A stretch of DNA of 63,337 nt, the filler included, from Chiloscyllium plagiosum (lineage: Eukaryota): assembly GCF_004010195.1 (NCBI RefSeq). It is 3 parts of one record of this genome, joined end to end, with 100 filler letters (N's around TTAATTAATTAA, not from the genome) between each part and the next. Parts side by side here need not be neighbours in the genome. Positions count along the whole stretch, not along the records: positions 31,949 to 56,223 come from NC_057717.1; positions 56,324 to 63,337 come from NC_057717.1; 1 more part is not named here. One strand, 5' to 3'. Under the pieces are notes generated by a model. It made no database searches. It worked only from the letters and a program-made list of their open reading frames with translations, and was not told the origin of the DNA. The translations under genes and the position numbers were made by a program. Positions within the stretch are counted from its first letter, which is position 1, and each line of letters begins with the position of its first letter. Below are positions 50,050-62,891 of the stretch, piece by piece.

Positions 50050-52520
50050 ATTGTGAATTTGCACACTGCAATATCTTTTCATTCCTTCATGCATTGCGAC
50101 ATAATTCCACGTTTTGTGGGCGGCACGGTGGCACAGTGGTTAGCACTGCTGCCTCACAGCGTCAGAGACCCGGGTTCAATTCCCGACTCAGGCGACTGAC
50201 TGTGTGGAGTTTGCACATTCTCCCCGTGTCTGCGTGGGTTTCCTCCGGGTGCTCCGGTTTCCTCCCACAGTCACAAACATGTGCGGGTTAGGTGAATTGG
50301 CCATGCTAAATTGCCCGTAGTGTTACGTTAATAAGGGATAAATGTAGGGGTATGGGTGGGTTGCGCTTCGGCAGGTCGGTGTGGACTTGTTGGGCCGAAG
50401 GGCCTGTTTCCACACTGTAAGTGATCTAATCTAAACTTTACTGATCGAACAATGAATCGATTTTGGCAACAAGTAGATTTTTAAAGTTCTGCTAGCAAAC
50501 TTAAAATTAATGGGAAATCTCATATTGATATTTAACTGAGCATTGTGTCTAACTGAACAGGAATTACTAGTACACTGAGCTGTCAAATATCGGAGCTAGC
50601 TTTAAATATTGAAAATAAAATGAGGCATTGAATGATTATTGAACAAAACTGCTTTGTGTTCAATAATGCAGGCAAGAGAAGAATTAGATATTTCCTTCCA
50701 TTGGCTTCTTGTCGTGACATGTATTTTTAATTTATGTAATTTTTATCATAATCAATGTTTAGACATTTGTGTCAGAATTAGAAAGAAAATAAACAGATAA
50801 TGAAAGTTGGTACCATAAAAAAGATACAGTCAAGAGTTATCCTAGATTTGCCATTAGCATTTAGAGAGGAGGATTTTTCAGTATTTGCTTCAAATAAAGA
50901 GATAAATAAGTTTCATGAAGATGAGTTCAAAATATTTGCACTGTTTAATGCACTGAGCCATAGTTACACTTTTGTCATAATGATTGTACTGGCAAATTCA
51001 GAGACAACTTGCAAATTTTGAGGACTATAAATGTCTCGATATACGTTGCTGTTAGCACACTTAGCCAACAGTAAAACATGATGCAATTATTGGTGTAAGC
51101 ACTTTGTGTTGTATGAATCGTGAGACAATAATGACAGCATTAATTTGATGGAATGATAACCAGATGTTTGCTGTGGTTATTCATTCCCAAGAACAATATA
51201 CATTTAGAAAAAGTATTCCACTGAAGAGTAATAAAATGACTTTGAAGAATGTTGTGTGGTTTTATGTGCTGTGTTTGCATGTACTTTGATTTCAAAACCA
51301 TTCAGATATTTTACATGATTTACGAAATGATTAATAACATTGATGTATTATCTGTGATTTAGGAAGTGACTGATAATCAGATGTAAATGATGTTATTTAA
51401 ACTCAACGAATTTTTGAAATTGACTCGAATTCCTTGGTGAAACACACTCGAACCATTAGGCAAAAAGTGGGATATTCCAATCAACAAATTCTGATATTGT
51501 CAAAAACATTTCAAACATACATTTAACATGAATAGTTGAATATAAAAATGAAACAAATTTCCAATACTACATTAACTTAACAATAATTGAAAAAATAATT
51601 TGACCAAAGGATATAAAAATATTTAATTAATTACAATACTCAGTTACAAATGTAGGGAATCAGCTGACTGATGAATTACAGTAAATGGTATTTATTTCTT
51701 TTATTGAAGAAGAAATTAATTTTCTTTTCATCTTAATAGCATTACTTAGACTTCTTCATCTTTAAGCAGAACCAGCAGAATAAAATCTATACTTTTCTTG
51801 GTATCCTGAAGAAAATAAATAGCAGATGCTGTGTTTATTGGAATAAACAATAGACAGAAGAACATCTAATGTTAGATTGAAAAACAAATCAATCCGCACT
51901 TAGATATTTTCTGTTCAACATACAAAGCTGCTCTGAAACACCTTTGTTGAAGGAATGATTTGCACCCTATCCCTCCTGGTCTCGGATGAGGGACACTACC
52001 AGGGCTACACAAGATGTCTTTAAAATGTTCCCACCCAGAAAGGGTAGGACTATAATCACATGTTTACTCTGGTTTCTCAAATGGAATCTAATCAGATGTC
52101 TATTGTGATAATTGGACTGGGAATTAATTAGATAGCTTCTGTGTGTAATGGGTGGAAAATGAAAATGAAGCAGTAATTTTTAATAAAGATGGAATGAAGC
52201 AAGAATGAACTTAATTAAATAGGAATCTCATGATAACTAATGGAAAGAGAAATTAACATAAATATGTGATTGTTGTACATTGATAATTCTCTCATCAGGA
52301 ATCCTGATGAGAGGCTAATGCCCAAAATGTTGATTCTCCTGCTCCTCGGATGCTGCCTGATCTGCAGTACTTTTCCAGCACTGCACTCCTGACTCTGATC
52401 TCCAACATCTGCAGTCCTCACTTTCTCCATAATTGTGTGTTTGTTGTACATTCATAAATAAAGAAAAATGAAATAATTCCATATGTTGAAAGCAATTTGT
52501 CATACAAAAAACTGAAAATT
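50050..52520. repeat. Tandem segmental repeat, copy 2 of 3
   Basis: Collinear with copies 1 and 3. Carries private HE1 (50118-50434) and PLE-terminus (~52290-52428) insertions. Confidence 0.92.
50118..50434 (+). mobile_element. HE1 SINE (young copy)
   Basis: A box TGGCACAGTGG, B box GGTTCAATTCC, V-domain and (taatc)n tail. Confidence 0.96.
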
Positions 52521-52589
52521 AAAAGGTGGGATAACCTTACAGAAGTTTATAGCGTAATTAGACCAGGCCTGGATAGCGTAATTAGACAA

Positions 52590-55310
52590 TGCCTGTCAGT
52601 TTGCATACTGCAGTATCTTTTCATTCCTTCATGAATGCAATGCGCAACAATTCCGCATTTATTATTCTTATTCACTGAACAATTATTAGATTTTAGTAAC
52701 AAGTAGATTTTCAATGCTGTATTATTGAATTTCAGCAAAATGAGAAATCCCATATTGCGAAGCATTGTGTTGAAATGAACAGGAATTATTGGTAAACAGA
52801 GGAATAAAATGTGATCGTTAGCTTGATACATTGAAGACCAAATAAGACACTGAGTGATCATGGAACAGAATTGTTTTGATGCAACTGATACAAGAATTGT
52901 ATATTTCCTTTGATTGGTTTCCCTGTGGAGACTTGTGTTTTTAATTTATATAATTTTCATCACAATCAATATTTAGACAATAGTGCCAGAATTAAAAATA
53001 AAATAGGTAGGTAAGGAACGGTGGTATCTGGGAAAGTTATGGTCAATGTGTCTCCAAGATACAGCTAATAGCATTTGCAGAGGACGGTATTTTAATGTTT
53101 GTTCTAAATAAATCGATGAATCAGTTTAATAGAGATGGGTTCTAAACAGTTTCAGGTTTTGATGTATGATGCCACAATCATACCTTTGTGGGGATGATTG
53201 TACTGGAAAATTCACAGAAAACTTGCAAGTATTGAGGACTTTCAATGTGCAGACATATATGACTTTTGGCACGCTTAACCATTAGTAAAACATTGGAGTA
53301 AGCCCTTTGTACTGTATGAATTCTAAGACAATAACTATAACACTGATTGAATGAGATGATAACCACATATTTGCTGTTGTTATTCATCCCAAGAAAAATA
53401 AGGTACTTACAAAGAGTATTCCACTGAACAGGAATTAGATGATCTTTCAAGTTGTTGTGTGGTTTTATGTGCAGTGTTTGTGTGTACTGTGATTTCAGTA
53501 ACGATTAGCTAAAAAATATGATTGAGGAAATAATTAATATCATTAAGGCATTTTAAATGATCTTATAACTGACAGATAATCGGGAGTTAAACATATTATT
53601 TAAAGTCAACGGATTTTTAAAATTGATTAGAATTCCTTGGTGAAACACACTTAAACCATCAGAAACTAAGTGAGACATTCCAATGAACAAACTCCGATAT
53701 TGTTAAAGCATTTCAACCTTACATTCAACATGAACATGTGAACGGGTAAATAAAAACAAATTTCTGACAATTCATGAATGTAACAACAATTAAACAACAA
53801 ATGACCCAAGGACATAATGTTGATATGTATTGCAATGTGTAGTTACAAATGTAGGTTATCAGCAGATTGCTGAATAATAGAAAGCAAAACTTAGTTATGC
53901 TGTTGAAGAAGAAATTAATTTGCTTTTTGTCTTTATGGCATGAATTAAACTTTTTCATCTCTCAGACTGCAACATTCGCAAATATTTTCCAGGATTTCAG
54001 AACCAGCAGAATTAGATCCACACTCTTAGAACATAGAACATAGAACATAGAACAGTGCAGCACAGGACAGACGCTTCAGCCCACGATGTTGTGCCGACCA
54101 TTGATCCTCATGTATGTGGCCTCAAATTTCTGTGGCCATATGCATGTCCAGTAGTCTCTTAAATGTCCCCAATGACCTTGCTTCCACAACTGCTGCTGGC
54201 AACGCATTCCATGCTCTCACAACTCTCTGTGTAAAGAACCCGCCTCTGACATCCCCTCTATACTTTCCTCCAACCAGCTTAAAACTATGACCCCTTCGTG
54301 TTAGTCGTTTCTGCCCTGGGAAATAGTCTCTGGCTATCGACTCTATCTATGCCTCTCATTATCTTGTATACCTCAATTAGGTCCCCTCTCCTCCTCCTTT
54401 TCTCCAATGAAAAAAGTCCGAGCTCAGTCAACCTCTCTTCATAAGATAAGCCCTCCAGTCCAGGCAGCATCCTGGTAAACCTCCTCTGAACCCTCTCCAA
54501 AGCAGCCACATCTTTCCTATAATAGGGCGACCAGAACTGGACGCAGTATTCCAAATGCGGTCTAACCAAAGTTTTATAGAGCTGCAACAAGATCTCACGA
54601 CTCTTAAACTCAATCCCCCTGTTAATGAAAGCCAATTGGTATCTCGACAAAAGTAAATAAGACACTGTGATTGTTGGAATGAACAATAGATGGAAGAAAA
54701 TTTAACGTTGGATTGAAAAGCAATTCAATCTGTGCTTAGATATTTTCTACTCAACATGCAGACTGGCTCAGATGTACCTCTGTTGAAGATGGGGATTGAC
54801 CGATCCGTCCTGGTCTCGTTATAGAGACACGACCACAGGCTCCACAAGAACTTTTTATAATGTTCCCAGCCAGGAAGGGCAGAGGTGTAATCACACCTTT
54901 ACTGTGGTTACTCAAATGAAAACTAATAAAATGTTGATTGTGTTAATTGGACTGGAAATTAATTAGATAGTGCCTGGATGTAATGGATTGAACATGAAAC
55001 AGTAGTTTTCAATAACGATGGAATGAAGTAAGAATGATCTTAATTAAATAGGAATCTCAGGATAATTCATGAAACGACAAATTGACACATTGAGAAATAA
55101 AATTAAACGAAATGATTCTGTATCTTCAACGCCTTGTCATGTGTTGAGATGAAAATTGAAATGATTTTGCAGCACACATGAGTTGGAAAATAAAAAAAAA
55201 TTCATTCAAGGGGACTGTGCAGCTGAAACCATCTTCCCTTCTTTCCAAGTAGGTATGATTTCCGTGAGTTTAAAACTTATTGTGATTGTTTCATGAAAGG
55301 TCAGAGAAAT
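52590..55310. repeat. Tandem segmental repeat, copy 3 of 3
   Basis: Collinear with copies 1 and 2. Carries a private CR1 insertion at 54028-54633. Confidence 0.92.
54028..54633 (-). mobile_element. Young 5'-truncated CR1/HER1 LINE
   Basis: ORF 54285..54686 LAFINRGIEFKSREILLQLYKTLVRPHLEYCVQFWSPY... and a (TTCTATG)n tail. Confidence 0.95.
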
Positions 55311-56140
55311 ATATGATATTGTTGGTAAGTTTACAGATGACACCAATATTGGAGGTGTAGTGGACAGCAAAGAAGGTTACCTCACAGTACAATAGGACCT
55401 TAACCAGATAGGCCAGAGGTCATGAGGTGTGGCAGATGGAGGTTAATTTAGACTAATGTGAGGTGCTGCATTTGGGAAAGGCAATTCAGGGCAGGGCTTC
55501 CAAAGAGACCTTGGAGTCCAGGTTCATAGCTCCCTGGAAGTGGGGTCATGAGTAGACAGGACAGTGAAGAAGGCTTTTGGTTTGTTTGCCTTTATTGGTC
55601 AGTGTATTGAGTATCGGAGTTGGGAGGTCACGTTGTGGCTGTACAGGAGATCGGTTAAGCCACTTTGGGAATACTGTGCAATTCTGTTTATCCTGCCATT
55701 GGTAGGAATTTGTAAAAATTGAAAGAGCGGAGAAAAGATTGAAAAAGATGTTGCCAGGGGTGGTGGAGGAATTGAGCGATAGGGAGAGGCTGAATAGGCT
55801 TGGGGCTGTTTTCCCTGTAGTGTATAAGGCTGAGGAGTGACCTGATGAAGACATTTCTAAAACCATGAGGGGCATGGAAAAGGTGATGGGAAAAGGTCTT
55901 TTCCATGGAATGAAGGAGTCCAGAACTAGAGGGCATAGGTTTTAGGTGAGAGGGGAACGATTTAAAAGAGACATGAGGAGCACCTTTATCATGTAAGTGG
56001 TGGTGCGTGTATGGAATGAACTGTCAGAGGAAGTGGTGGAGGCTGGTACAATTACAAGGTTTAAAAGGTATCTGGATGGCTATATGAATAGGAAGAGGTT
56101 CAAGCAATACGGGCCAAGTGTTGGCAAATGGGACGAGATG
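55310..56140 (+). mobile_element. CR1 LINE RT/3' fragment
   Basis: VGKFTDDTNIGGVVDS and C-terminal VVRVWNELSEEVVEAG motifs. Confidence 0.9.
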
Positions 56141-56223
56141 AGAATAGGTTGTCTCCTCGATATTTATTAAGATTAGAATTGCAAGAAATGACAACATTGA
56201 AATGAAATATAATCAAATATATT

Positions 56224-56323
56224 NNNNNNNNNNNNNNNNNNNNNNNNNNNNNNNNNNNNNNNNNNNNTTAATTAATTAANNNNNNNNNNNNNNNNNNNNN
56301 NNNNNNNNNNNNNNNNNNNNNNN
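56224..56323. other. Assembly linker N44-TTAATTAATTAA-N44
   Basis: Identical in structure to 31849-31948. Confidence 0.95.
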
Positions 56324-56559
56324 GTCACGGCCAAACATATGAATATAATTTTGGACAGTGGTTTAAACTGACAAAAGTGAGGCAGGAGCAAGGTACTAGT
56401 GAAAGGATATTTTCAAATACAAAGACAAAGTTTGAAACATGGAATAAGCATGACAATGTGGTTGAAGATAAGGAGAAAGGAACACGAAGGGACAAGTATA
56501 ATTTAAGTGTACATTGTTCAGTTAAGTTGCGACAGGAAATAGTCATTAAAATGTATATT

Positions 56560-57110
56560 ATATGTTCTTTATTTCAATGCACAAAGTATCTGCAAGAAGG
56601 CATATGGACATAAAGAAGAGAATGCCTTTGATCTAATCACCAGTCAGACTTGGTTATTATGAACAAAAGATGGGACATGAATATTTGAGATTCCTCAGTT
56701 TTGCAGACTGGAATGCAGAGAGGAGGAACCTGTTAGCTAGAGATAACAAAATTAAGACTGCCGAATTATTTACCCTCAGATCATGAAAGCAATTCGGAAA
56801 GATGATGTGCCCGGAAATGCAAGTGGGAGAACAGTTTCTAGCCTGCCTAACAGCACTGTATTAAGCAAGAAATTACAGGCATTTATAAAAACACAAAATA
56901 ATAACTGTGGGGGTCTTCAATCTTCATGTAGTCGAGTCAATTGCTTTTGCAAGAGTGATCCTGAAGCGGAGTTTGTAGAATTTTTTTGTCAGTGTGTGTT
57001 GGAACAACGCCATTATGCAATGACTGAGGATGTACCTGTTTCAGAAGCTGCATCATGCAGCTGCATCATGAAGCTGATTGAATGAGTCATGGCACAGTCT
57101 GAGATCCTCC
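56560..57110 (+). mobile_element. Decayed CR1 endonuclease fragment
   Basis: Remnants of DLITxxxTWL, RGG, and GxFN...EF..CVLEQ in and near ORF 56783..57085. Confidence 0.6.
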
Positions 57111-57489
57111 AGCAAATTGGGAATAAGGTGAAATTCAAAGGTTTGATAAAGTTTTAAATTGATCCCCATAAATGACAAACAATAACTGGGGACCAGAAAC
57201 AGATTGCCATGGAATGAGTCTGAGAGGGAGCACTACCCGAGATAAACAGGGAAACAGTGAAATGCCTGGCTGCAAATGATCAGGGACAATCATGGGAAGG
57301 AACAGCCTCAAATATACAACAAAAAGGCACATTCTTTAGCTCTGGGCACTCTCACCATCTGTTCCCTCGGTCTACAACACAAAGCCCAGAATTTTTGAGC
57401 ATCTCCTTCCAGTTCTGACCAAGAGTTAGATCAGACTCTCGGCACTAACTGTTTCTCTCGCCACACAACATTCCTCAGCCATTCATTTT

Positions 57490-57665
57490 CCGCAGCACGC
57501 ACTGTGTGGACTACATTACCCGTGCAGCCCTTGTAGCCAGCGCCTGCGCAGTAAGGGCCGGCTACTTTGGTTTCCACAAGCTTGCATCGCGTTGCCTGAT
57601 GGGAGTTGTAGGTCTGACAAGCACTCACGAGCTCCTCGGCGCTGAACAACCAATGGCCGGGAGTT
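57490..57665. promoter_or_regulatory. CpG-enriched promoter-like island with ZNF143/THAP11-type, NRF1 and CCAAT motifs
   Basis: GGACTACATTACCCGTGCAGCCC at 57508-57530; inverted CTACAACTCCCATCAGGC at ~57594-57611(-); GCGCCTGCGCA at 57540-57550; CCAAT at 57650-57654. Confidence 0.7.
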
Positions 57666-57770
57666 CGAAACCAGAGTAGAGATCAGAGTGGTGCTGGAAA
57701 ACCACAGCATGTCAGGCAGCATCCGAGGAGCAGGGAATCGACGTTTCGAGCAAAAGCCCTTCATCAGGAA
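57665..57770 (-). mobile_element. Penelope terminal-repeat fragment with hammerhead core
   Basis: The reverse complement of 57738-57769 reads TC-CTGATGA-A-GGGCTTTTGCTC-GAAACGTCGA. Confidence 0.8.
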
Positions 57771-58574
57771 TGCAGGCATGGAGGCTCCAGGGTGGAGAGA
57801 TAAAAACATGGCAAAAAAAATGTGGTTAAATTGTATCTTACTGGAAATGGGTATAGCCTGGCATCTGTGTGGCAGGAATGTTACTTGCCACTATTCAGTA
57901 TGAGTTTGGATATTGTCCAGATCTTGCTAAATTTAACATGGTCTGCTTCAGTATCTGAGAAGTTGTGAATTGTGCTGAATATTGTGTCATCATCGTTGAA
58001 CATCCACACTTCTGGCCTTATCATGAAAGGAAGGTCATCGACGAATTAGCTGGAAATGTTTANNNNNNNNNNNNNNNNNNNNNNNNNNNNNNNNNNNNNN
58101 NNNNNNNNNNNNNNNNNNNNNNNNNNNNNNNNNNNNNNNNNNNNNNNNNNNNNNNNNNNNNNNNNNATAACATCTCTGGATATGTTGATTAAAAATACTG
58201 ACAATGAATCTGCTCCTGCAGAGTTGTCCTGGAGCTAAGATTACGGACATGCAATATACACAACCAATTTCATCTGCATCATCCTCCCTACCTGTGCTGA
58301 TACAAGTGAGAACAAGTATGACAAAAGTGCCTTGATTCTCAAAGGGTTTTACAGCATGAATATTGTTTAAAAAGCCACACCCAACCCCAGGCTTGAAGAG
58401 TTACCAACAAATGAAATATTCACTGGTTTTATCTGCACAGATACAGCCAGATTTGCAGAGTGGATCCAACAGTCAGTCTGTGATTTTCCTAAATTTATTT
58501 CAAACTCAGATCACGAGAAATGTAACATTATATCATTTTGGCTCATTGAACATATGTGGCCGCCCACGAGGATT

Positions 58575-60200
58575 AAAGAAAACAGAATCAGGAGTTGGCC
58601 ATTCAGCCCAACAATGCCTGCTCAGCCATTTCATGTGATCATGGCTGATCATCCAACACAGTCCCCGTTCTACTTTTACAACATCCGTTTCACCCCAAGA
58701 ATTGTATCTGTCTCTGTTCTGAAAGCTTTCAGTGCTATGGCCTCATCTATTTTCTGTGTCAGTGAATATCACAGGCTCAGTGCTCACTGGGTGAAGAGAT
58801 TTCGCCTCATCTCAATCCTAATTGATCCAGCCTGAACCCTGAGATTGTGATCTCTGCTTCTGGGCTGCCTGGTCATCAGGAACATCCTTCCTGTGTTTAC
58901 ACTGTCTAGTCAGGTTGGAAATTGGCAGGTCATTCTTCTCAACAGCAATTAATATCGTCCTATCCAATATAATCTCTCTTTATAACCATCCGTGCCATCC
59001 CAGGCATCAATCTGGTAAACCGTTGTGCTCCCTCAGTAGCCAAAGCATCCTTTCCCAAATAAAGGAAAACAACACTGTACATAATACTACTCCACGGGGG
59101 TGATCTCAGCAATGCCCTGTACAACAACAGCAAACCCTCCCTGCTCCTGTGCCTGAATCCTCTCGCTATGCCGGCGAACATACCATTTGCCTTCTTCACC
59201 GCTCGCTGCCCCTGCCTGTGGCATTCACCGAATGGTGTACAAGGACAGTCAGCTCTGACTGAAACACCCTCCTGTTCCCAGTCGAGCATCGTTCAGTCAA
59301 TAAACTGCCTTCCCAAAGGGGACATACATTTCACCACGTCTTCAGTCCCTGCTGCTCCTTCATGCTTACTTTCCCTGACTGGTGCACGAGGACACCCGGG
59401 TCTTTTTGTGCCTCACCATTTCTCAATCTCTCACCATTCTGTGAATAATCCACTTTCCTGTTCTTGCTCCCAAAGGGGACAAACTGATATTTACCTCCTC
59501 TCTACATCACCTGCCATGCATTTACCCACTCACACAACTTGTCCCAGTCAGACTGAAGCATCTCTGTCCGTTCCTCATAGCTCACCCTCCCACTCCGCGT
59601 TGTGGAACCTGCCAATTTGGAGGTTTTTACATCTAATTCCGTCCTCTTAAATCGTGAACATATATTGTGAATAGCTGGGGCCCAAGCACTGATACCCACT
59701 GGCTGCTATTCAGAAAAAGACCCGTTCTTCCTACATTTTGTTTCCTGGCTGACAACCAGTTCTCTCTCCGTGTCAGTACACTACACCAATTTCATCTGCT
59801 TTAATTTTCCTGTCTAAACTCTGACATGGGTCCTCATTAGCCTTCTGAAAATCCAAGTAAACCACATCCACTAGCTCCCCGACCAGTTCAATGTGAGAAA
59901 TCCCAGGGTATTGCAGTAGTCTTGTCAAGCATGATTTCCCTTTTGTAAATCCATGCTGACAGTGTCCAGTTCTCGCACTGTGTTCCAGTTGTTCTGCTGT
60001 TATATCTTATATGATCAATTCCAGTATTTTTCCCACTTCTGATGTCAGACTAACCGGTTTGTCATTCTGTTCATTCCTTGCTTCAGTTTTAAAAGCAGTA
60101 GGGTGCCGTAGCTGCCTGCCAATCCATGGGAACTGTTTGAGAGTCTACAGTCTTGAAAGATGACCACATATACATCCAATACGTCTCGGACCACTTTCAT
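58575..60200 (-). mobile_element. CR1 LINE RT/3' fragment with an internal ~130-bp duplication
   Basis: QRAVKKANGMFAGIARGFRHRSREGLLLLYRAL; LQSDWDKLCEWVNAWQVM. 59190-59320 and 59330-59460 resemble each other. Confidence 0.85.
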
Positions 60201-60209
60201 CTGTAATGA

Positions 60210-61087
60210 AGCACTGGAAAAGCACAGCAGGTCAGGAAACATCCGTGGAAAAGGAGAGTCGACATTTCTGGCAAAAGGAATGTGGAGATGGAAGGGACCT
60301 GAGAGATAAATAGAGGTTGGATCTGGGATGAAGGTGACAGGTGTGTGCAGGTTGGAGGTAATTCTGATCGGTGAGTGGCGATGGTGCAGCGGATAGGTGG
60401 GAAGGAAGATGAACAGGTATGACCATGTCAAGTGGGCGGTGCCGAGTTGGAAAGTTTGATCTAGGATTAGGTGTGGGCGAGGAGAGATTTGGAAACGACT
60501 GAAGTCACTGTTGATGCTATGTGGCTGGAAGGTCCCAAGGTGCAAAGATGAGGTGTTCTTCCTCCAGTTCTTGGGTGGCTTTGATTTGGCGGTGGAGGAG
60601 GCCCAGAACTTGCATGTCCTTGGCAGAATGGGAGGGGGAATTGAAATGTTCGGCGACATGGCGGTGGGGTTGTTTGGTGCATTTGTCCCAAAGATGTTCC
60701 GTGAAACGTTCCACGAGTTGGCATCCTGTCTCCAAGATAGAGAGGAGACCACATTGAGAGCAACTGACACAGTAGGCGAGGTGTTTGGATGTGCAGGAAA
60801 ATCTGTGCCAATGTGAAAAGATCTTTCGGTGTCTTGGATGTGAGGTGAGAGTGGAGATATAGGCGCAGGTTTTACACCTCTTGCTACGACATGGCAAGGT
60901 GCCAGGAGTGGAGGGTGGGTTGATGGGTAGCATGGACTAAACGACGGAGTCACGGAAGGGACAGTCTCTGCGGAACGCAGATAGGGATAGGGAGGGAAAT
61001 ATATGTTTGGTGATAGGGTCTGATTATAGGTGGTGGAAATGGCAGAGGATAATCCTCTGTAACCGGAGATTACTGGGATGGAAGCTG
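60210..61087 (-). mobile_element. Penelope-like element (family 1), GIY-YIG plus terminal repeat
   Basis: ORF 60517..60933: PGTLPCRSKRCKTC...RFSCTSKHLAYCVSCSQCGLLSILETGCQLVERFTEH...VAEHFNSPSHS...LEEEHLIF. Confidence 0.92.
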
Positions 61088-61533
61088 NNNNNNNNNNNNN
61101 NNNNNNNNNNNNNNNNNNNNNNNNNNNNNNNNNNNNNNNNNNNNNNNNNNNNNNNNNNNNNNNNNNNNNNNNNNNNNNNNNNNNNNNNNNNNNNNNNNNN
61201 NNNNNNNNNNNNNNNNNNNNNNNNNNNNNNNNNNNNNNNNNNNNNNNNNNNNNNNNNNNNNNNNNNNNNNNNNNNNNNNNNNNNNNNNNNNNNNNNNNNN
61301 NNNNNNNNNNNNNNNNNNNNNNNNNNNNNNNNNNNNNNNNNNNNNNNNNNNNNNNNNNNNNNNNNNNNNNNNNNNNNNNNNNNNNNNNNNNNNNNNNNNN
61401 NNNNNNNNNNNNNNNNNNNNNNNNNNNNNNNNNNNNNNNNNNNNNNNNNNNNNNNNNNNNNNNNNNNNNNNNNNNNNNNNNNNNNNNNNNNNNNNNNNNN
61501 NNNNNNNNNNNNNNNNNNNNNNNNNNNNNNNNN

Positions 61534-61826
61534 GAACCGCCCTCTTGTCCGGTTTATCTTCCTTCCCACCTATCTGCTCCACCCTCCCTACCGACCCACC
61601 ACCTTCACCCCCCACTTGCATCCACCTTCCCAACCACCTTACCCCACCCCACTCCCAACCCCCTCTATTTATCTCTCAGATCCCTTCCCCTCCAGATTCC
61701 TGATGAAAGGCCTATGTCTGAAACATTGACTCCCCTTCTCCTCGGCTGTTGCCTGAGCTGCTGTGCTTAACCAGCGGCATATATTTCGACACTGACTCTC
61801 CAGCATTTGCAGTCCTCACTTTCTCC
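61534..61826 (+). mobile_element. Penelope 3' UTR and terminal repeat, inverted relative to 60210-61087
   Basis: C-rich 3' UTR, then attcctgatgaaaggcctatgtctgaaac...ctgtgc...gcagtcctcactttctcc. Confidence 0.8.
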
Positions 61827-62807
61827 CTCTGCCATAAGTGCCTTGCGAAGATCACGATACGTATCCCAGCTCAAAGGAAGACTCAGTGAGAAAGAGATAG
61901 GGATCATTGGGACAGCATATTCAGAGTTTATTCAAGCTCCATCTTACAGCTAGACATTTATTCTTTATTTCCTGAGCTGTATCATTTCAGGTTCAATCAA
62001 CGGTACCGTTTCCAGATCTGTTAGGGTGAGTGACGAGGTGCTGCTGAGTGGAGATTGCTCTTTCACCCAGGATGAGGAGCTCCTGGAGGAGAAGCTGAGC
62101 TGCTGCATTGCCATCATGGTTGGAAAGATCCCACTTTACGGGGGATTGGAGATTACTCAGTCCATCTCACAATCATAGAATGATCCATACAGCAGAGGGG
62201 GCATTCCACCTTATCGTGACTGGGCTGGGCTTTGGAGGAGTTTTCCAGTTCTCCTCATTTCATGGTTTTGTTCCTAAATCCAATTGTTTTCAGGAAGTTG
62301 CTATTGGACCTGTTTCCACTTCCCTCTCTTGCCGTGCTTGATGGGTGACAAGAGCTCACTGTGTAAGATATTGCTCTTCTTTAGGTGTTTGAATTCTGCC
62401 AGTAAATCTTTCTCTATTCTAAACAGAGCACCCTGACATTCCCTGAATTCCCAAATCCCTGAAACCGTTCTCATCAATATGTTCTCTAACCTCCTCATGG
62501 ATCGTGATGTCTTTCCTCATAACCGGGAAAGAATTAAAATTCCCCAGAATGGGCTGTAATCAGTATTTTATGCAATTATACAGCTAATTGTATGTATTTG
62601 ACCTGTCCTACATGTTTCATGTTTTGTTCGAACAACTGAAGGAAATGAGTTTTGCTGAAGTGGCCTTTACAAAGGGTGTATTTCTGGGATACTGCTACAC
62701 TGGAACAGTGTGAATAGCAGTTAAATCACACGTTATTTTGCGAATGCTCCTTTGTTTGCATTTGAACTGCAGTATAAGTATAAGCTTACAGCCCAGTAGT
62801 TTAACCA

Positions 62808-62891
62808 GAAGAAGGGCTAATGCCCGAAACGTCGATTCTCCTGTTCCCTAGATGCTGCCTGACCTGCTGCGCTTTTCCAGCAACACATTTC
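62808..62891 (+). mobile_element. 84-bp Penelope-terminus insertion with a 19-bp target-site duplication
   Basis: CAGCCCAGTAGTTTAACCA at 62789-62807 and 62892-62910. Confidence 0.88.

Noticed and set aside
50118..50190. tRNA-like sequence with A and B boxes (also at the other HE1 heads)
   Set aside because: It is the tRNA-derived head of the HE1 SINE, runs straight into the V-domain and has no proper acceptor stem.
53459..53500. RSS-like ggttttatg...tactgtg in the triplicated unit (possible Ig/TCR segments)
   Set aside because: The spacer is not 12 or 23 nt, the heptamer is not conserved across copies, and no V, D or J coding motifs are present.
47135..55310. Triplicated unit as a miR-430-type cluster or as GPCR (V2R, GPR139-like) pseudogenes
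   Set aside because: I found no AAGTGC-seed hairpin conserved across copies and no recognisable GPCR motifs in the frames I translated.
60045..60953. 302-aa ORF, the longest in the window
   Set aside because: It is an off-frame reading of the Penelope GIY-YIG region and terminal repeat, not a host gene.
61991..62031. Possible micro-exon (ttcag|gttcaatc...gttagg|gtgagt)
   Set aside because: Splice-like signals alone, with no recognisable peptide or partner exon.
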